DNA of 64,000 nucleotides from positions 3,687 to 67,686 of the forward strand of contig DASWNF010000014.1 in the NCBI GenBank assembly GCA_036399335.1, written 5' to 3'. The notes beneath the pieces are model-generated. The model was not told where the DNA came from. It did no database searches and saw only the letters and a program-made list of their open reading frames with translations. Each line of letters starts with the position of its first letter. Position 1 is the stretch's first letter. This stretch comes from Minisyncoccota bacterium. Its GTDB lineage: Bacteria; Patescibacteriota; Minisyncoccia; Phycocordibacterales; Phycocordibacteraceae. A program made the translations under genes and the position numbers. Of the stretch, positions 9,833 through 19,139 are shown one piece after another.

Positions 9833-10022
9833 TATTCCTCACAGTAGGACCATATCTTCACCCCATTGCTGGGGGCACGACGTATGGCCTCTCATTTGAG
9901 TCGTGGATTCAATTAACCTTTCGGTTAAAAGAGGTAGCTTCTTTGACGTTACCCTCTCGGGCTGTTTACGGTCTCCTATAATCGTCCCAATCCGTTCCGT
10001 ATCCGATTGCTCAGATACGGAA
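9833..10022 (-). other. ~190-nt insertion in 23S at the L1923-like (I-CeuI-type) site between GGTCCTAAGG and TAGAGCGTAATTCCTTGTC; putative small intron or intervening sequence
   Basis: E. coli-type sequence TAACTATAACGGTCCTAAGG|TAGCGAAATTCCTTGTC is split by 190 nt that end in ...AATAG and contain internal hairpins (ccgtatctgagcaatcggatacgg). Confidence 0.5.
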
Positions 10023-11463
10023 CCTTAGGACGATTATAGTTATCGCCGACATTCACCGGGGCTTATACGGCCTAGCAATACAAGTAAAACTCATATCACC
10101 GTCCGTGCTTGACCTTCCGGCATTGGTCAGGCGTCACCCCCTATACATCCTCTTACGAGTTCGCAGGGAGCTGTGTTTTTGGTAAACAGTTGGCAGAAAA
10201 TCTTTCGCTGCGGCCCCCATTGCTGGGGGCAGGCCTTATCGCTAACTTACGGCCGCTTTTTTGCCGAGTTCCTTGAGGACCTCTCACTCGTTCGTCTTAG
10301 TCTACTCGACCTGAACACCTGTGTCGGTTTCCGGTACGGTCGTCATATGCTGAAGCTTAGAAGTTTTTCTTGGAACCGCGCTCCTTACTCTCTGCTCCCC
10401 CGTGGGAGAACATTGCCGCTTCGCTCGGGGTTAATGTCTTCCGGATTTGCCTAGAAGACCCCCTCACTAACGGACCCAAATCCAATAATGGGCAATAAGT
10501 ACAGCAATCCGTCACTCCATCGCACATATGAGCGGTCATGGAATATTAACCATGTGTCCATCGGGTGCGGCTTTCGCCATCCCCTTAGGCCCGACTAACC
10601 CTCAGTTGATCATCATAGCTGAGGAAACCTTGTTCTTTCGACGTGCGGGGTTCTCACCCGCATTGTGGTTACTTGTGCCTGCATTCTCACTTCGCAACGC
10701 TCCACCATGGGTCACCCCTTTGGCTTCATCGCGGATGCGAACGCTCTCCTACCGCATACACCTCCCGAAGGAGATGCACACCCGCAGTTTCGGTACTACG
10801 CTTAACCCCGATCATCTTCGGCGCAAGGACTCTCGATGAGTGAGCTGTTACGCTTTCTTTAAATGGTGGCTGCTTCTAAGCCAACATCCTCATTGTCAAT
10901 GAATCCTCACTTCCTTAAGTTGTACTGAGCGTAGATTTAGGGACCTTAACTGGCGATCCAGGGCTCTTCCCCCTTCGACGAGTGGAGCTTCGCCCCCACC
11001 GTCTAACTGCCATGCTGTAACCTCTCGGTATTCGGAGTTTGATAGGGACAACGAGGTTTCCCCCTGTTTGCCCCTTCCAGTGCTCTACCCCCGGAGGGAT
11101 CACACGACGCTAGCCCAAAAGCTATTTCGGAGAGAACCAGCTATTACCAGGTTCGATTAGCTTTTCACTCCTTGCCACAGGTCATCCCAAGACGTTGTAC
11201 GATCTACGGGTTCGGTCCTCCATGTGTCTTTCGACACACTTCAACCTGCCCATGGCAAGCTCACCTGGCTTCGGGTCGTATGTATGCTACTGACGCGCTA
11301 TTAACACTCGGTTTCCCTGCGGCTCCGTCCCGTAACGGACTTAGCCATAGGCAACATACATACACTCGCAGGCTCATTCTTCAATAGGCACGCTACAACG
11401 GATACAAGACCCGCCGTAACCCTTTGTAAGTACACGGTTTCAGTTCTATTTCACTCCCCTCTC

Positions 11464-11509
<46 letters not shown>

Positions 11510-11734
11510 TTATGCATTATTTAGCCTTACCGGTTAGTTCCGGCAGATTCACTCGAGCTATTCGTGTCTCGAGCTACTCAAGAATAGGAGCACAAAAGAG
11601 TCGTTCATTTCGCGTACGGGGCCATTACCCTCTGTGGCGTTGCTTCCCAGCAACTTCCGCTATAATCGACTTTTGTAACTTTTGCCGTACAAGTACGGAG
11701 CTCCTACCTTACAACCCCCCTATCCGAAGGCAGA

Positions 11735-11768
<34 letters not shown>

Positions 11769-12322
11769 AAGGGAATCGCGGGAGTTGCCTTCCATCTGTT
11801 CGAAGCATCGAACAGACAGAAGGCAACTCGCTATTGTTTTCTATTCCTCTGGGTACTGAGATGTTTCACTTCCCCAGGTTCGCTTCCTACCTCAAATGGA
11901 TAGGATGACCATTACTGGCCGGGTTTCCCCATTCGGACACCTCCGGATCAAAGGCTACATATCGCCTCCCCGAAGCATTTCGCAGATTAGTCACGTCCTT
12001 CATCGCATGCATAAGCCAAGGCATCCACCGTGCACCCTTCAGTTTCCAGTGCGGAAACCTGAATACCACTTAACTTTATTTTTGTGATTGCAATATCATC
12101 TCACCCCCGCCATAAGCGGGAGCTCGTTGATTTACCTTTACGTATTCAACTGTCAAAGTGCACGTGTTTCTTGGCACGAAAAAAGCCGCCTCAGGGGCGG
12201 CGGAAAAGCTTTACAGCCGCTCCGTTATCCGCTCCGCTTGGTGAATAATTTCGTGGTTGTAAACACGTAGGAGGAGTATATACGTAGGGGTTTTCTGTGT
12301 CAAATAGGGGCAAGGGCAAACG

Positions 12323-12350
12323 GAAAACCGCGCCTAACGGCGCGGTTTTC
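12323..12350 (-). terminator. rho-independent terminator after the 12377..13057 gene
   Basis: gaaaaccgcgcctaacggcgcggttttc. Confidence 0.7.
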
Positions 12351-12376
12351 CAATAGTCGGGCTTCCCCGAAAATAC

Positions 12377-13057
12377 CTAGCGTACCTGTTCGTGCATCCG
12401 CTCGATGATGCGCGCAGCTGCCTGTTGGCCGCCGAGGCCGAACGAGAGGCCAAAGGCGAGGGCAAGCGCGACTACGAAGGCGGTAAAGAGAGGCTGGATG
12501 AGCTCGCTCGCGATTTCAAGCTGGTTGAGCGCGGCGAGGATCGCGAAGATCCAGATAGCCCAACGGGCCAGGGATCCGAGGAGTTTGGCCGAGCGAAGAT
12601 TCGCTGCCGCCGCAGAAGCCGCAACCACCCTCTGTACTACGTCCGCGAGGACGGCCGCCACCAGAAGGATGAGGACAGCTACGATCACCTTCGGGAGATA
12701 CCCGAGAACGACGTTGCTCAAGAAGTCGGTTACCTGGTCGAGGCCGAGCACGCCAAATGCGGCAACGAGGAAGACGATGATGAAGAACCATTTCACGAGG
12801 CCGCCGAGGAATGCGCCTGCATTCATCCGGAGTCCTGCGCGCTCCACGATCGTCTCGACTCCTGCGGAGCGAAGCGCCTGGTCAACTTTGGCCGCATTCA
12901 CGGCCTGCGCGACGAGGCGCCCGAGACCTGCGCCGACGATCCATCCGAGGATGAAGAGCACGAGCGCAGCGAGTAGATTCGGAAGGAAGGCGATGACCCC
13001 GTGGAACATTGCGCGGAATGCATCCTCGAGAATAATCGCCCAGTTGTTTATGAACAT
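12377..13057 (-). CDS. membrane protein with repeated conserved-TM-helix (MscS N-terminal-like) segments
   Basis: ORF 12377..13102. Start moved to MFINNWAIILEDAF (ATG at 13057). Four or five TM helices with repeated AxxLxxxG patterns. Confidence 0.65.
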   Translation of the reverse strand: MFINNWAIILEDAFRAMFHGVIAFLPNLLAALVLFILGWIVGAGLGRLVAQAVNAAKVDQALRSAGVETIVERAGLRMNAGAFLGGLVKWFFIIVFLVAAFGVLGLDQVTDFLSNVVLGYLPKVIVAVLILLVAAVLADVVQRVVAASAAAANLRSAKLLGSLARWAIWIFAILAALNQLEIASELIQPLFTAFVVALALAFGLSFGLGGQQAAARIIERMHEQVR

Positions 13058-13175
13058 ATACGTTTTATACCGTGTAATCTGTAATACGCCGCAGCTCGTC
13101 AATAGGGCTGCTTACCTAAAAGTGTACCAAGCGGGCTAAACTTCGGATGAAGCTCTTCCCTAGAGTGTGGATAGG

Positions 13176-13203
13176 AAAAACCGGCGCCTAGCGCCGGTTT
13201 TAA
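13176..13203. terminator. bidirectional terminator hairpin
   Basis: aaaaaccggcgcctagcgccggtttta. Confidence 0.65.
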
Positions 13204-13778
13204 TTTGGGCTGAGGCCGATCTTGTCGACCAGGACCTGGTGCGGGAAGTCGAGGACGTCCCGGACGAGGCGGTCGTACACGCTTACGCGGTACCTGAAGT
13301 CTTCGGTGGCGAAGGCGGCGAACCGGAGCTCGCGCCCGAGCTCGGCCTCGAGCTTATGCACGCTCGCCTCAAGGGCCTTATCGTCGATGCGGTCCCCTAC
13401 CACGAGAAGGTCGATCTTCGACTCGACCGCGTCGCTGAATACGCCCGAGAGGACGACGAGGCGGAGCGTGCCCGCGCGCTTCAGGGTGGCGAGGATGACG
13501 GCGTCAGATAGACCTGACGAGGAGCTGAGGAAATTGCAGAGCGCCGCGAAGTGTTCGAACTTCGAGTCGGCGGCGAAGGTCGGGCCTCCCTTCCCCGCCT
13601 TCTTCTTGACCACGCCTGCAGTGACGAGGGTGTTGATCTCGCGCCGGGTCGCGTCCTTGGGCGTCTTCGTGCGTAGGGCAGCGTCGGCAAGGGTAAACGC
13701 CTGGTCGTCATTGAAGAGGAAGAGGCGGAGGAGTTTCAGGCGGGCGTTACTGCCGAACAGGCGTGCGAGGGGATCCAT
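13200..13778 (-). CDS. hypothetical protein with N-terminal winged-helix and C-terminal minimal nucleotidyltransferase-like segment
   Basis: 192 aa. LKLLRLFLFND...FTLADAALRTKTP...REINTLVTAGVV looks like a wHTH. LVVLSGVFSDAVESKIDLLVVGD resembles the GS-x9-13-D-x-D NTase motif. Confidence 0.5.
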   Translation of the reverse strand: MDPLARLFGSNARLKLLRLFLFNDDQAFTLADAALRTKTPKDATRREINTLVTAGVVKKKAGKGGPTFAADSKFEHFAALCNFLSSSSGLSDAVILATLKRAGTLRLVVLSGVFSDAVESKIDLLVVGDRIDDKALEASVHKLEAELGRELRFAAFATEDFRYRVSVYDRLVRDVLDFPHQVLVDKIGLSPN

Positions 13779-13825
13779 GAATGTTTCCCCATTCTACCCC
13801 CCTCCCCCGCCCGCGCAAGGTAACG

Positions 13826-13857
13826 AGAAAACCCGGCTGCAGAGCCGGGTTTTCTCG
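13826..13857. terminator. terminator hairpin after rplL
   Basis: gagaaaacccggctgcagagccgggttttctc. Confidence 0.7.
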
Positions 13858-13901
13858 TCCACGATACGTGGACCGCACGAAGTCGGATGCCGACGAGGAC
13901 G

Positions 13902-14405
13902 CTACTTGAGCGTAACCTTGCCGCCTGCCTCCTCCATCTTCGCCTTGAGTTCGTTTCCTTCCTCCTTGCTGACGTTCTCCTTGAGCACGGATGGAACGCC
14001 GTCGACAAGGTCCTTAGCCTCCTTGAGGCCGAGGGCGAGTACTTCCTTGACTGCCTTGATGACGGCAATCTTGTTTGCACCCGAGTCGGTGAGCTCAACC
14101 GTAACGGTAGACTTCTCGTCCTCACCGCCGCCTGCTCCGCCTGCTGCAGGACCGGCTACGGCTACGGCTGCCGCCGAAACGCCGAACTTCTTCTCGAAGA
14201 CCTTAACGAGCTCATGGAGTTCCATGACGCTCATCTTTTCGATCTCCTCGACGAACTTCTTGAACTTCTCGGGGACTTCGACTTCCGCCTCTGCTTCCGC
14301 AGGAGCTTCCGTCTTCTCCTCAGCTGCCGGAGCGGCCGGTGCCTCTTCGGCTGGAGCCGCTGCCGCTTCCTCAGTTCCCTCTTCCTGCTTTACTTCATCT
14401 GCCAT
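13902..14405 (-). CDS. rplL: 50S ribosomal protein L7/L12 with ~40-aa acidic/Ala-Pro N-terminal extension
   Basis: C-terminal [56 protein letters not shown] and hinge [13 protein letters not shown] are canonical. The N-terminal 40 aa [45 protein letters not shown] have no counterpart in standard L12. Confidence 0.9.
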   Translation of the reverse strand: MADEVKQEEGTEEAAAAPAEEAPAAPAAEEKTEAPAEAEAEVEVPEKFKKFVEEIEKMSVMELHELVKVFEKKFGVSAAAVAVAGPAAGGAGGGEDEKSTVTVELTDSGANKIAVIKAVKEVLALGLKEAKDLVDGVPSVLKENVSKEEGNELKAKMEEAGGKVTLK

Positions 14406-14427
14406 GGTAAATAAATGACGTTATTAA

Positions 14428-14922
14428 TTACGCACCTTTCTTCTCTGCGACTGCATTAAGGACGATTGCGAGTCCCTGTATCGGGCTGTTGATGACATTC
14501 ACGAACATGCCACGCAGTACGTGTACCGGCGGTATGGTCGCGATGTTCGTCATCGCGGGGGCATCGAGGTACGAGCCCTCGAAGACGCCGCCGACGATCG
14601 AAAGCGCACCCTTGTGCTTCCTGCCGTGGTCATAGATGCCGCGGGCAGCGAGCGTCGGGTCTTCCGAAGTCCACGCAAGCGCTATCTCACCCGGCATGTC
14701 AGGCAAGGTGCCTGCGTAACCGCGTTCGTTGAGCGCGCGCTCGATGAGGGTTTTCTTTGCGACGTAGTAGCCGACACCCTCCCCCTTGAGCGACTTGCGC
14801 ATCGCAGACGTATCCGCGACCGAAAGGCCCTTGAAGTGGACGAAGACCACCGACACCGCGCCCTCGAGGACGTCCTTAATCTTAGCGACGATGTCCTGCT
14901 TTTTTTCCTTGGTAATTGCCAT
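14428..14922 (-). CDS. rplJ: 50S ribosomal protein L10
   Basis: ORF 14428..15111. Start moved to MAITKEKKQDIVAKIKDVLEG (ATG at 14922). L10 family and directly upstream of rplL. Confidence 0.85.
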   Translation of the reverse strand: MAITKEKKQDIVAKIKDVLEGAVSVVFVHFKGLSVADTSAMRKSLKGEGVGYYVAKKTLIERALNERGYAGTLPDMPGEIALAWTSEDPTLAARGIYDHGRKHKGALSIVGGVFEGSYLDAPAMTNIATIPPVHVLRGMFVNVINSPIQGLAIVLNAVAEKKGA

Positions 14923-15113
14923 ATGGTTTGTTGTTGTATACGAAACGGAAACGGCCCCCTTAGGGAGACCGTTTCTGAGGAGACATGCGAGACCGGGCGC
15001 AGGGCGCTCCGGTTTCGTCCCTCGGCCAGGCTTGTGCTTCCATATAAAGAAGCTGCTGGCTGTCTTCGGTCCGTACCCAGGCACTCTAGCCGAAACGGGG
15101 CCAGGGCGCAACC
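14923..15113 (-). promoter_or_regulatory. rplJL 5' leader (candidate L10(L12)4 autoregulatory leader)
   Basis: A ~190-nt GC-rich, hairpin-rich untranslated region precedes rplJ. The position matches the conserved L10 leader in other bacteria. Structure was not verified. Confidence 0.4.
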
Positions 15114-15239
15114 TTAAGCGCCTGCCGTAAAGGTGAAGAGGAAGAGCGAAACGCCGATGATAAGCACGAACGTGGCGAGGAACTTGAAGAAATGGGTGAT
15201 GTACTCCCCTACCGGCTGGTCATCGTGCTGCGGAGGCAT
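15114..15239 (-). CDS. candidate 41-aa single-TM peptide
   Basis: Minus ATG at 15239. MPPQHDDQPVGEYITHFFKFLATFVLIIGVSLFLFTFTAGA ends at TAA 15114. Lies between a terminator and the rplJ leader. No SD is visible. Confidence 0.25.
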   Translation of the reverse strand: MPPQHDDQPVGEYITHFFKFLATFVLIIGVSLFLFTFTAGA

Positions 15240-15255
15240 GCCTGCATCCTAGCAC

Positions 15256-15285
15256 GCAAAAAGCCGCCCGGAGGCGGCTTTTTGC
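15256..15285 (-). terminator. rho-independent terminator after 15298..16401 gene
   Basis: gcaaaaagccgcccggaggcggctttttgc. Confidence 0.75.
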
Positions 15286-15297
15286 AGAACGTTTTCG

Positions 15298-16401
15298 CTA
15301 GTCAGCGATGTGCACGTAATTCGTGCGGTACGTGCTTTCCGGGCGTGTCACCATCTCCTGGTCGGGAGCGCTTGCGGTGTCGTTGTAGTGGACGCCGAGG
15401 AGCTGCAGGCGGTAGAGCTGGCCCTCGTCTACCGCGAGCGGGTCGAAGACGACCGTGAGCATGAAGCGCTCAGACTCGTCTTCTTCGACGACATAGTAAC
15501 TCCCTTCCTCCTCAGCAGTCGCGTCGATGTACGCACTCAGACGTGTCTGGCTCGTAACTTCGTTTCCGTCAGAATCCTGTACTTCATAGTCGAGGGACAC
15601 GACCTCGTCCTGCGCAAGGTAGATATCGTCTCCAAAAGCGCGGAGTTCGAACTCTATCTCGAAGGTGGCGTAGTCATTATCAGCGCCACTGACCCGAGTC
15701 AACTCTGCGGAGGTCGAGACCTTATCGTTGCCATCATCATCTGAATCATCTGCAGTTTCCTCAACCTCATCAAGCGCTTCACCAATGAGGTCTTCTGCCT
15801 CCTCAACAAGTTCCACGGCTTCTTCGTAGTCTTCGTCTAGGAAAGCCTCCTCAGCGTCATCGATGCGGTCTTCTGCGTTTTCGAGGAAGTCCTCAGCATC
15901 GTCAGTGTCAGTCCCGTCGTCGTCTGCTTCTTCGACCTCATCACGAGCGTCCGTAAGCGCCTCTTCTACTGAATCAATTGCATCCCGGGCGTCAGACTTG
16001 CTCACCCTGTCATCCCCGTCGCCATCATTTCCTGGCACAGGTTCAGGAGCGGGGCCTTGGGTGACAGACAGTATGCGCGCACGAGTGATCGGACCGAAGT
16101 AACCAGCTGCTGGGCTGATGCCGACAGAAGCCTGGTAACGAGCGAGAGCTGCCTGCGTCTGGCCACCGAAGTAACCAGTTGCACCTGCAGCGATGACGAA
16201 GCCTCGTCCGATGAGCCAATTTTGGAGGGCGGTTACGTCGCTACCCATGGATCCTATCGTCAGGTCTCGGCTGAATGAGACTATGGGTGAGGCGTGAGAT
16301 ACGGCTGTGGTCGTCTGGGCCCCTACGCCGATCGCGAAGGATGAGGCGATAAGCCCGACGATTGCGAGCACGGCAAGTACCTTAGCAATGGTTTTATACA
16401 T
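15298..16401 (-). CDS. secreted peptidoglycan-binding-domain protein with long D/E-rich region (paralog A)
   Basis: Signal peptide MYKTIAKVLAVLAIVGLIASSFAIGVGA. PG_binding_1-like LQNWLIGRGFVIAAGATGYFGGQTQAALARYQASVGISPAAGYFGPITRA. Then ~120 aa of D/E-rich low complexity followed by a C-terminal beta-rich segment. Confidence 0.8.
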   Translation of the reverse strand: MYKTIAKVLAVLAIVGLIASSFAIGVGAQTTTAVSHASPIVSFSRDLTIGSMGSDVTALQNWLIGRGFVIAAGATGYFGGQTQAALARYQASVGISPAAGYFGPITRARILSVTQGPAPEPVPGNDGDGDDRVSKSDARDAIDSVEEALTDARDEVEEADDDGTDTDDAEDFLENAEDRIDDAEEAFLDEDYEEAVELVEEAEDLIGEALDEVEETADDSDDDGNDKVSTSAELTRVSGADNDYATFEIEFELRAFGDDIYLAQDEVVSLDYEVQDSDGNEVTSQTRLSAYIDATAEEEGSYYVVEEDESERFMLTVVFDPLAVDEGQLYRLQLLGVHYNDTASAPDQEMVTRPESTYRTNYVHIAD

Positions 16402-16472
16402 AGAAGTGTGATTAGAGACTGAGTATAGCTTTTTATTGTAGACGTCTCAATTGAGCATCCGTTACCAAAACA

Positions 16473-16500
16473 AAAAGACCACCCGAAGGTGGTCTTTTTG
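16473..16500. terminator. terminator hairpin after 16544..18520 gene
   Basis: aaaaagaccacccgaaggtggtctttttg. Confidence 0.75.
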
Positions 16501-16543
16501 TCAGCTAGTTACGAACTAGGTTCGCACTATATCTGCTTTGAGA

Positions 16544-18520
16544 CTAGTTCTCGAAGCCGATGAAGGTGCTGAGCTCTTCGTTGACCGCAGTCTCAGTGGT
16601 TCCGTCTTCGTTCTCAATGTCGTTGAGGGTTACCTCGTAGACACCAGCGTCCGTAGACTCGCCAATCTGAACATAGACGGTGAAGGTAATCGTACCCTCG
16701 TTCTCGTCGATCTCGTAGACGTCGTTGTTCTCGTCGAAGTCATTCGAGTCGAGCTCAGAGCTTACGGTAACCGTTGGGTCAGCGGATGCGCCGTTCACAC
16801 CAATGGTGGTGGAGCCGGTGACACCGTTGTCGCGGGTGACCGTGAAGTCGAAGTCGCTTTCGTCGAGGTCAGTCTCGTCACCGAGTGAGCTGATATCAAG
16901 TACGAAGACGAATTCGCCAACGTTGTTATCAGCATCTGTTGCCTCCTCAGAAGCCTCTTCGTCGAAGTCAACTACGAGGCCTTCGGCGCGGAAAGTCTGG
17001 GTTTCGCCTTGTGCGGTACCATCCTTGTCAGCATCCTCAAGCTCCTCGCCGTCTTCTTCAGTCTCAGCCTCAACGTCGTCAGAGTTGACGGTTGCCCTAA
17101 GGACAGCCATGTCACCCTCCTCAAGTTCGTTAAGAACTGCGATGATCTCGAATTCGAGAGTCTCGTCTGCTCCAACAACTACGTCTTCAACATCGAAGGT
17201 GTAAGTTGCGGTGGCGCTGTTTGCACCGGTGGTCTCCTCGTCGGAGTCCACGCAGTCAACCTGATCGCCGTCGATCATGAGGCAGTACTCGGAAGCAACA
17301 TTCTCAGTGGTCTCAACGTCGTTGGTCGTAGTGCCGTTGTTGTCGAGGTCGATAACAGAACCGGTAGAGGTGATGGTTGCAATAATCTCGGTGATTTCGA
17401 GATCTGCACCTTCAGCCTCGAGTTCGCCGATGAGAAGTACTACCTCCTCATCACCGTCCTCTTCTACCTGTACTGAACCCTCATCAGGGTTTTCGTCTGA
17501 CTCGTCGACGCTAAGCTCAACGTCGTTAGCCTCAGAGAATGAAGTGAATTCGAATTCACGTCCCTCCTCCTGCTCATCTGAGTCGCCGATGTCATCGAGG
17601 GAATCCTCGGTGACTACAGCACCCTGAGCGTCAGTGTAACGAACGGTGTCGAAGAATACTTCGAAGGTGTTCGAGTCGAGGTCGTCGGAATCAATACCCT
17701 CGAGCGCGGTGACAGCAAGCGTGAGCTCACCAGTCTCGCCCTCGCGGATGATTGCGTCCTCCCAATCGAATGAGAAGGTGTGAGTGTACTCACCATCGTC
17801 CTCGTCGATATCGTCAACGTCTACGGTCTCAAGCTCTTCTCCGTCAAACCAGAGAGAGATGCTTTCAGCGTAGTCGTCGAGGTCCTCAGAACCCGTGTTC
17901 GTTGCCGTGCTGGTAGCGCGGATCGTAACGCGGGAAGCCGAGAGGCCGAGGTCAGAGCCTTCAGCCTCGAGTTCGAGACCTGCGACTGCTACTTCCTCGT
18001 CGCCCTCGCCAACGTCCTCGTTGTTGAGGTCAGAGACATAGTCAGCTGACTCGAGGTCGCCTGCGCCACCTTCGAGATCACCCATGTCATCATCGTTGTC
18101 GTCGTCGTCATCGTCGTCGTCGTCATCGGTGCCTCCGGTACCAGGGTTGGTGGTGCCGCAAGTCGAGTTGACCTTCGCGCGAGTGATCGGACCGAAGTAA
18201 CCAGCTGCTGGGCTGATGCCGACAGAAGCCTGGTAACGAGCGAGGGCTGCCTGCGTCTGGCCACCGAAGTAACCAGTTGCACCTGCAGCGATCGTGAAGC
18301 CCTTCGAGATGAGCCAGTTCTGGAGAACCGTTACATCTGCGCCAGTAGCGCCGACCGTGAGGTCGCGGTTGAAAGATGCGCACGAAGACGCGGACGTCGT
18401 CGTGGTCGTCGTGGTCGTGGTCTGAGCAGAAGCAGAGACTGCGAACATAGAGACCGAAAGGGCAACAACGGCAAGCGCTGCTGCTACCTTCGCAATCACC
18501 TTGGTGTTTGCAATAGTCAT
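16544..18520 (-). CDS. secreted peptidoglycan-binding-domain protein with poly-Thr, poly-Asp and extended acidic repeats (paralog B)
   Basis: Signal peptide, T10 tract, the same PG-binding domain as paralog A (a ~110-bp core near-identical at DNA level with 1 mismatch, 16084..16194 vs 18181..18292), a DDDDDDDDDDDNDDD tract and ~450 aa of acidic beta-rich repeats. Confidence 0.8.
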   Translation of the reverse strand: MTIANTKVIAKVAAALAVVALSVSMFAVSASAQTTTTTTTTTSASSCASFNRDLTVGATGADVTVLQNWLISKGFTIAAGATGYFGGQTQAALARYQASVGISPAAGYFGPITRAKVNSTCGTTNPGTGGTDDDDDDDDDDNDDDMGDLEGGAGDLESADYVSDLNNEDVGEGDEEVAVAGLELEAEGSDLGLSASRVTIRATSTATNTGSEDLDDYAESISLWFDGEELETVDVDDIDEDDGEYTHTFSFDWEDAIIREGETGELTLAVTALEGIDSDDLDSNTFEVFFDTVRYTDAQGAVVTEDSLDDIGDSDEQEEGREFEFTSFSEANDVELSVDESDENPDEGSVQVEEDGDEEVVLLIGELEAEGADLEITEIIATITSTGSVIDLDNNGTTTNDVETTENVASEYCLMIDGDQVDCVDSDEETTGANSATATYTFDVEDVVVGADETLEFEIIAVLNELEEGDMAVLRATVNSDDVEAETEEDGEELEDADKDGTAQGETQTFRAEGLVVDFDEEASEEATDADNNVGEFVFVLDISSLGDETDLDESDFDFTVTRDNGVTGSTTIGVNGASADPTVTVSSELDSNDFDENNDVYEIDENEGTITFTVYVQIGESTDAGVYEVTLNDIENEDGTTETAVNEELSTFIGFEN

Positions 18521-19139
18521 AACAATTTTCTTTTTAATTTCTTTGAACGGGACGTATGCGGTGCGAATAATTATTAAACGTGCATCGCATGCGCCCCGCC
18601 TATTTTACTAATTGCCGGCCAACGGTTTCCCGCTGGCCCGCAGAGGCGAACTTTCACACTATCCGACGGGACGTCCTATCGACTCACGCCCCCTCGGCTA
18701 GTTGGCAAACGTTTCCCTATCATCCTGAGTCCTTCCGTAACTGGGCAGTGCTTCCGTTCTGGGCCGTCTCTATGGAAGACGGTTATCCCTGCCCTTCCTT
18801 ACTAGGGGAATATTGGCAGGAACGTTGAACATATGGGTGCGGGCGAGCACCCTATACAGGGGTCACCCTCTTCCGTACGTATCGCACGGAAGAGGTGAAA
18901 ACCACATGAAATGTCAACGAGCTAACAACCGTTCAGCAAGCGCCCAATCGTTTCAGTACACCAACGTAGTATACAGACGAGCTGCCCGCTTACTGTCAGG
19001 CTTTAATGTGGATAACCGTTTGGAATTTCTTAGAGTTTGCTCGGGACATCCTTCGCTCTCTATAAGAGAATCCGCCCGATACCACTACATGCATTATAGC
19101 TTAACTCAGCCGTAAAATCAATGTTCCGCTCAGGGTGCA

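Noticed and set aside
14521-15130. ORFs 14521..15117(+) and 14786..15130(+) across rplJ and its leader
   Set aside because: They are antisense to rplJ, a confidently identified ribosomal protein gene. They have no SD and no coherent domain.
18085-18126. Poly-Asp-encoding GTC/ATC repeat as a frameshift or pseudogene signal
   Set aside because: The reading frame is continuous through the tract and the flanking domains are intact. It was treated instead as a contingency-type homopolymeric codon repeat within a functional gene.
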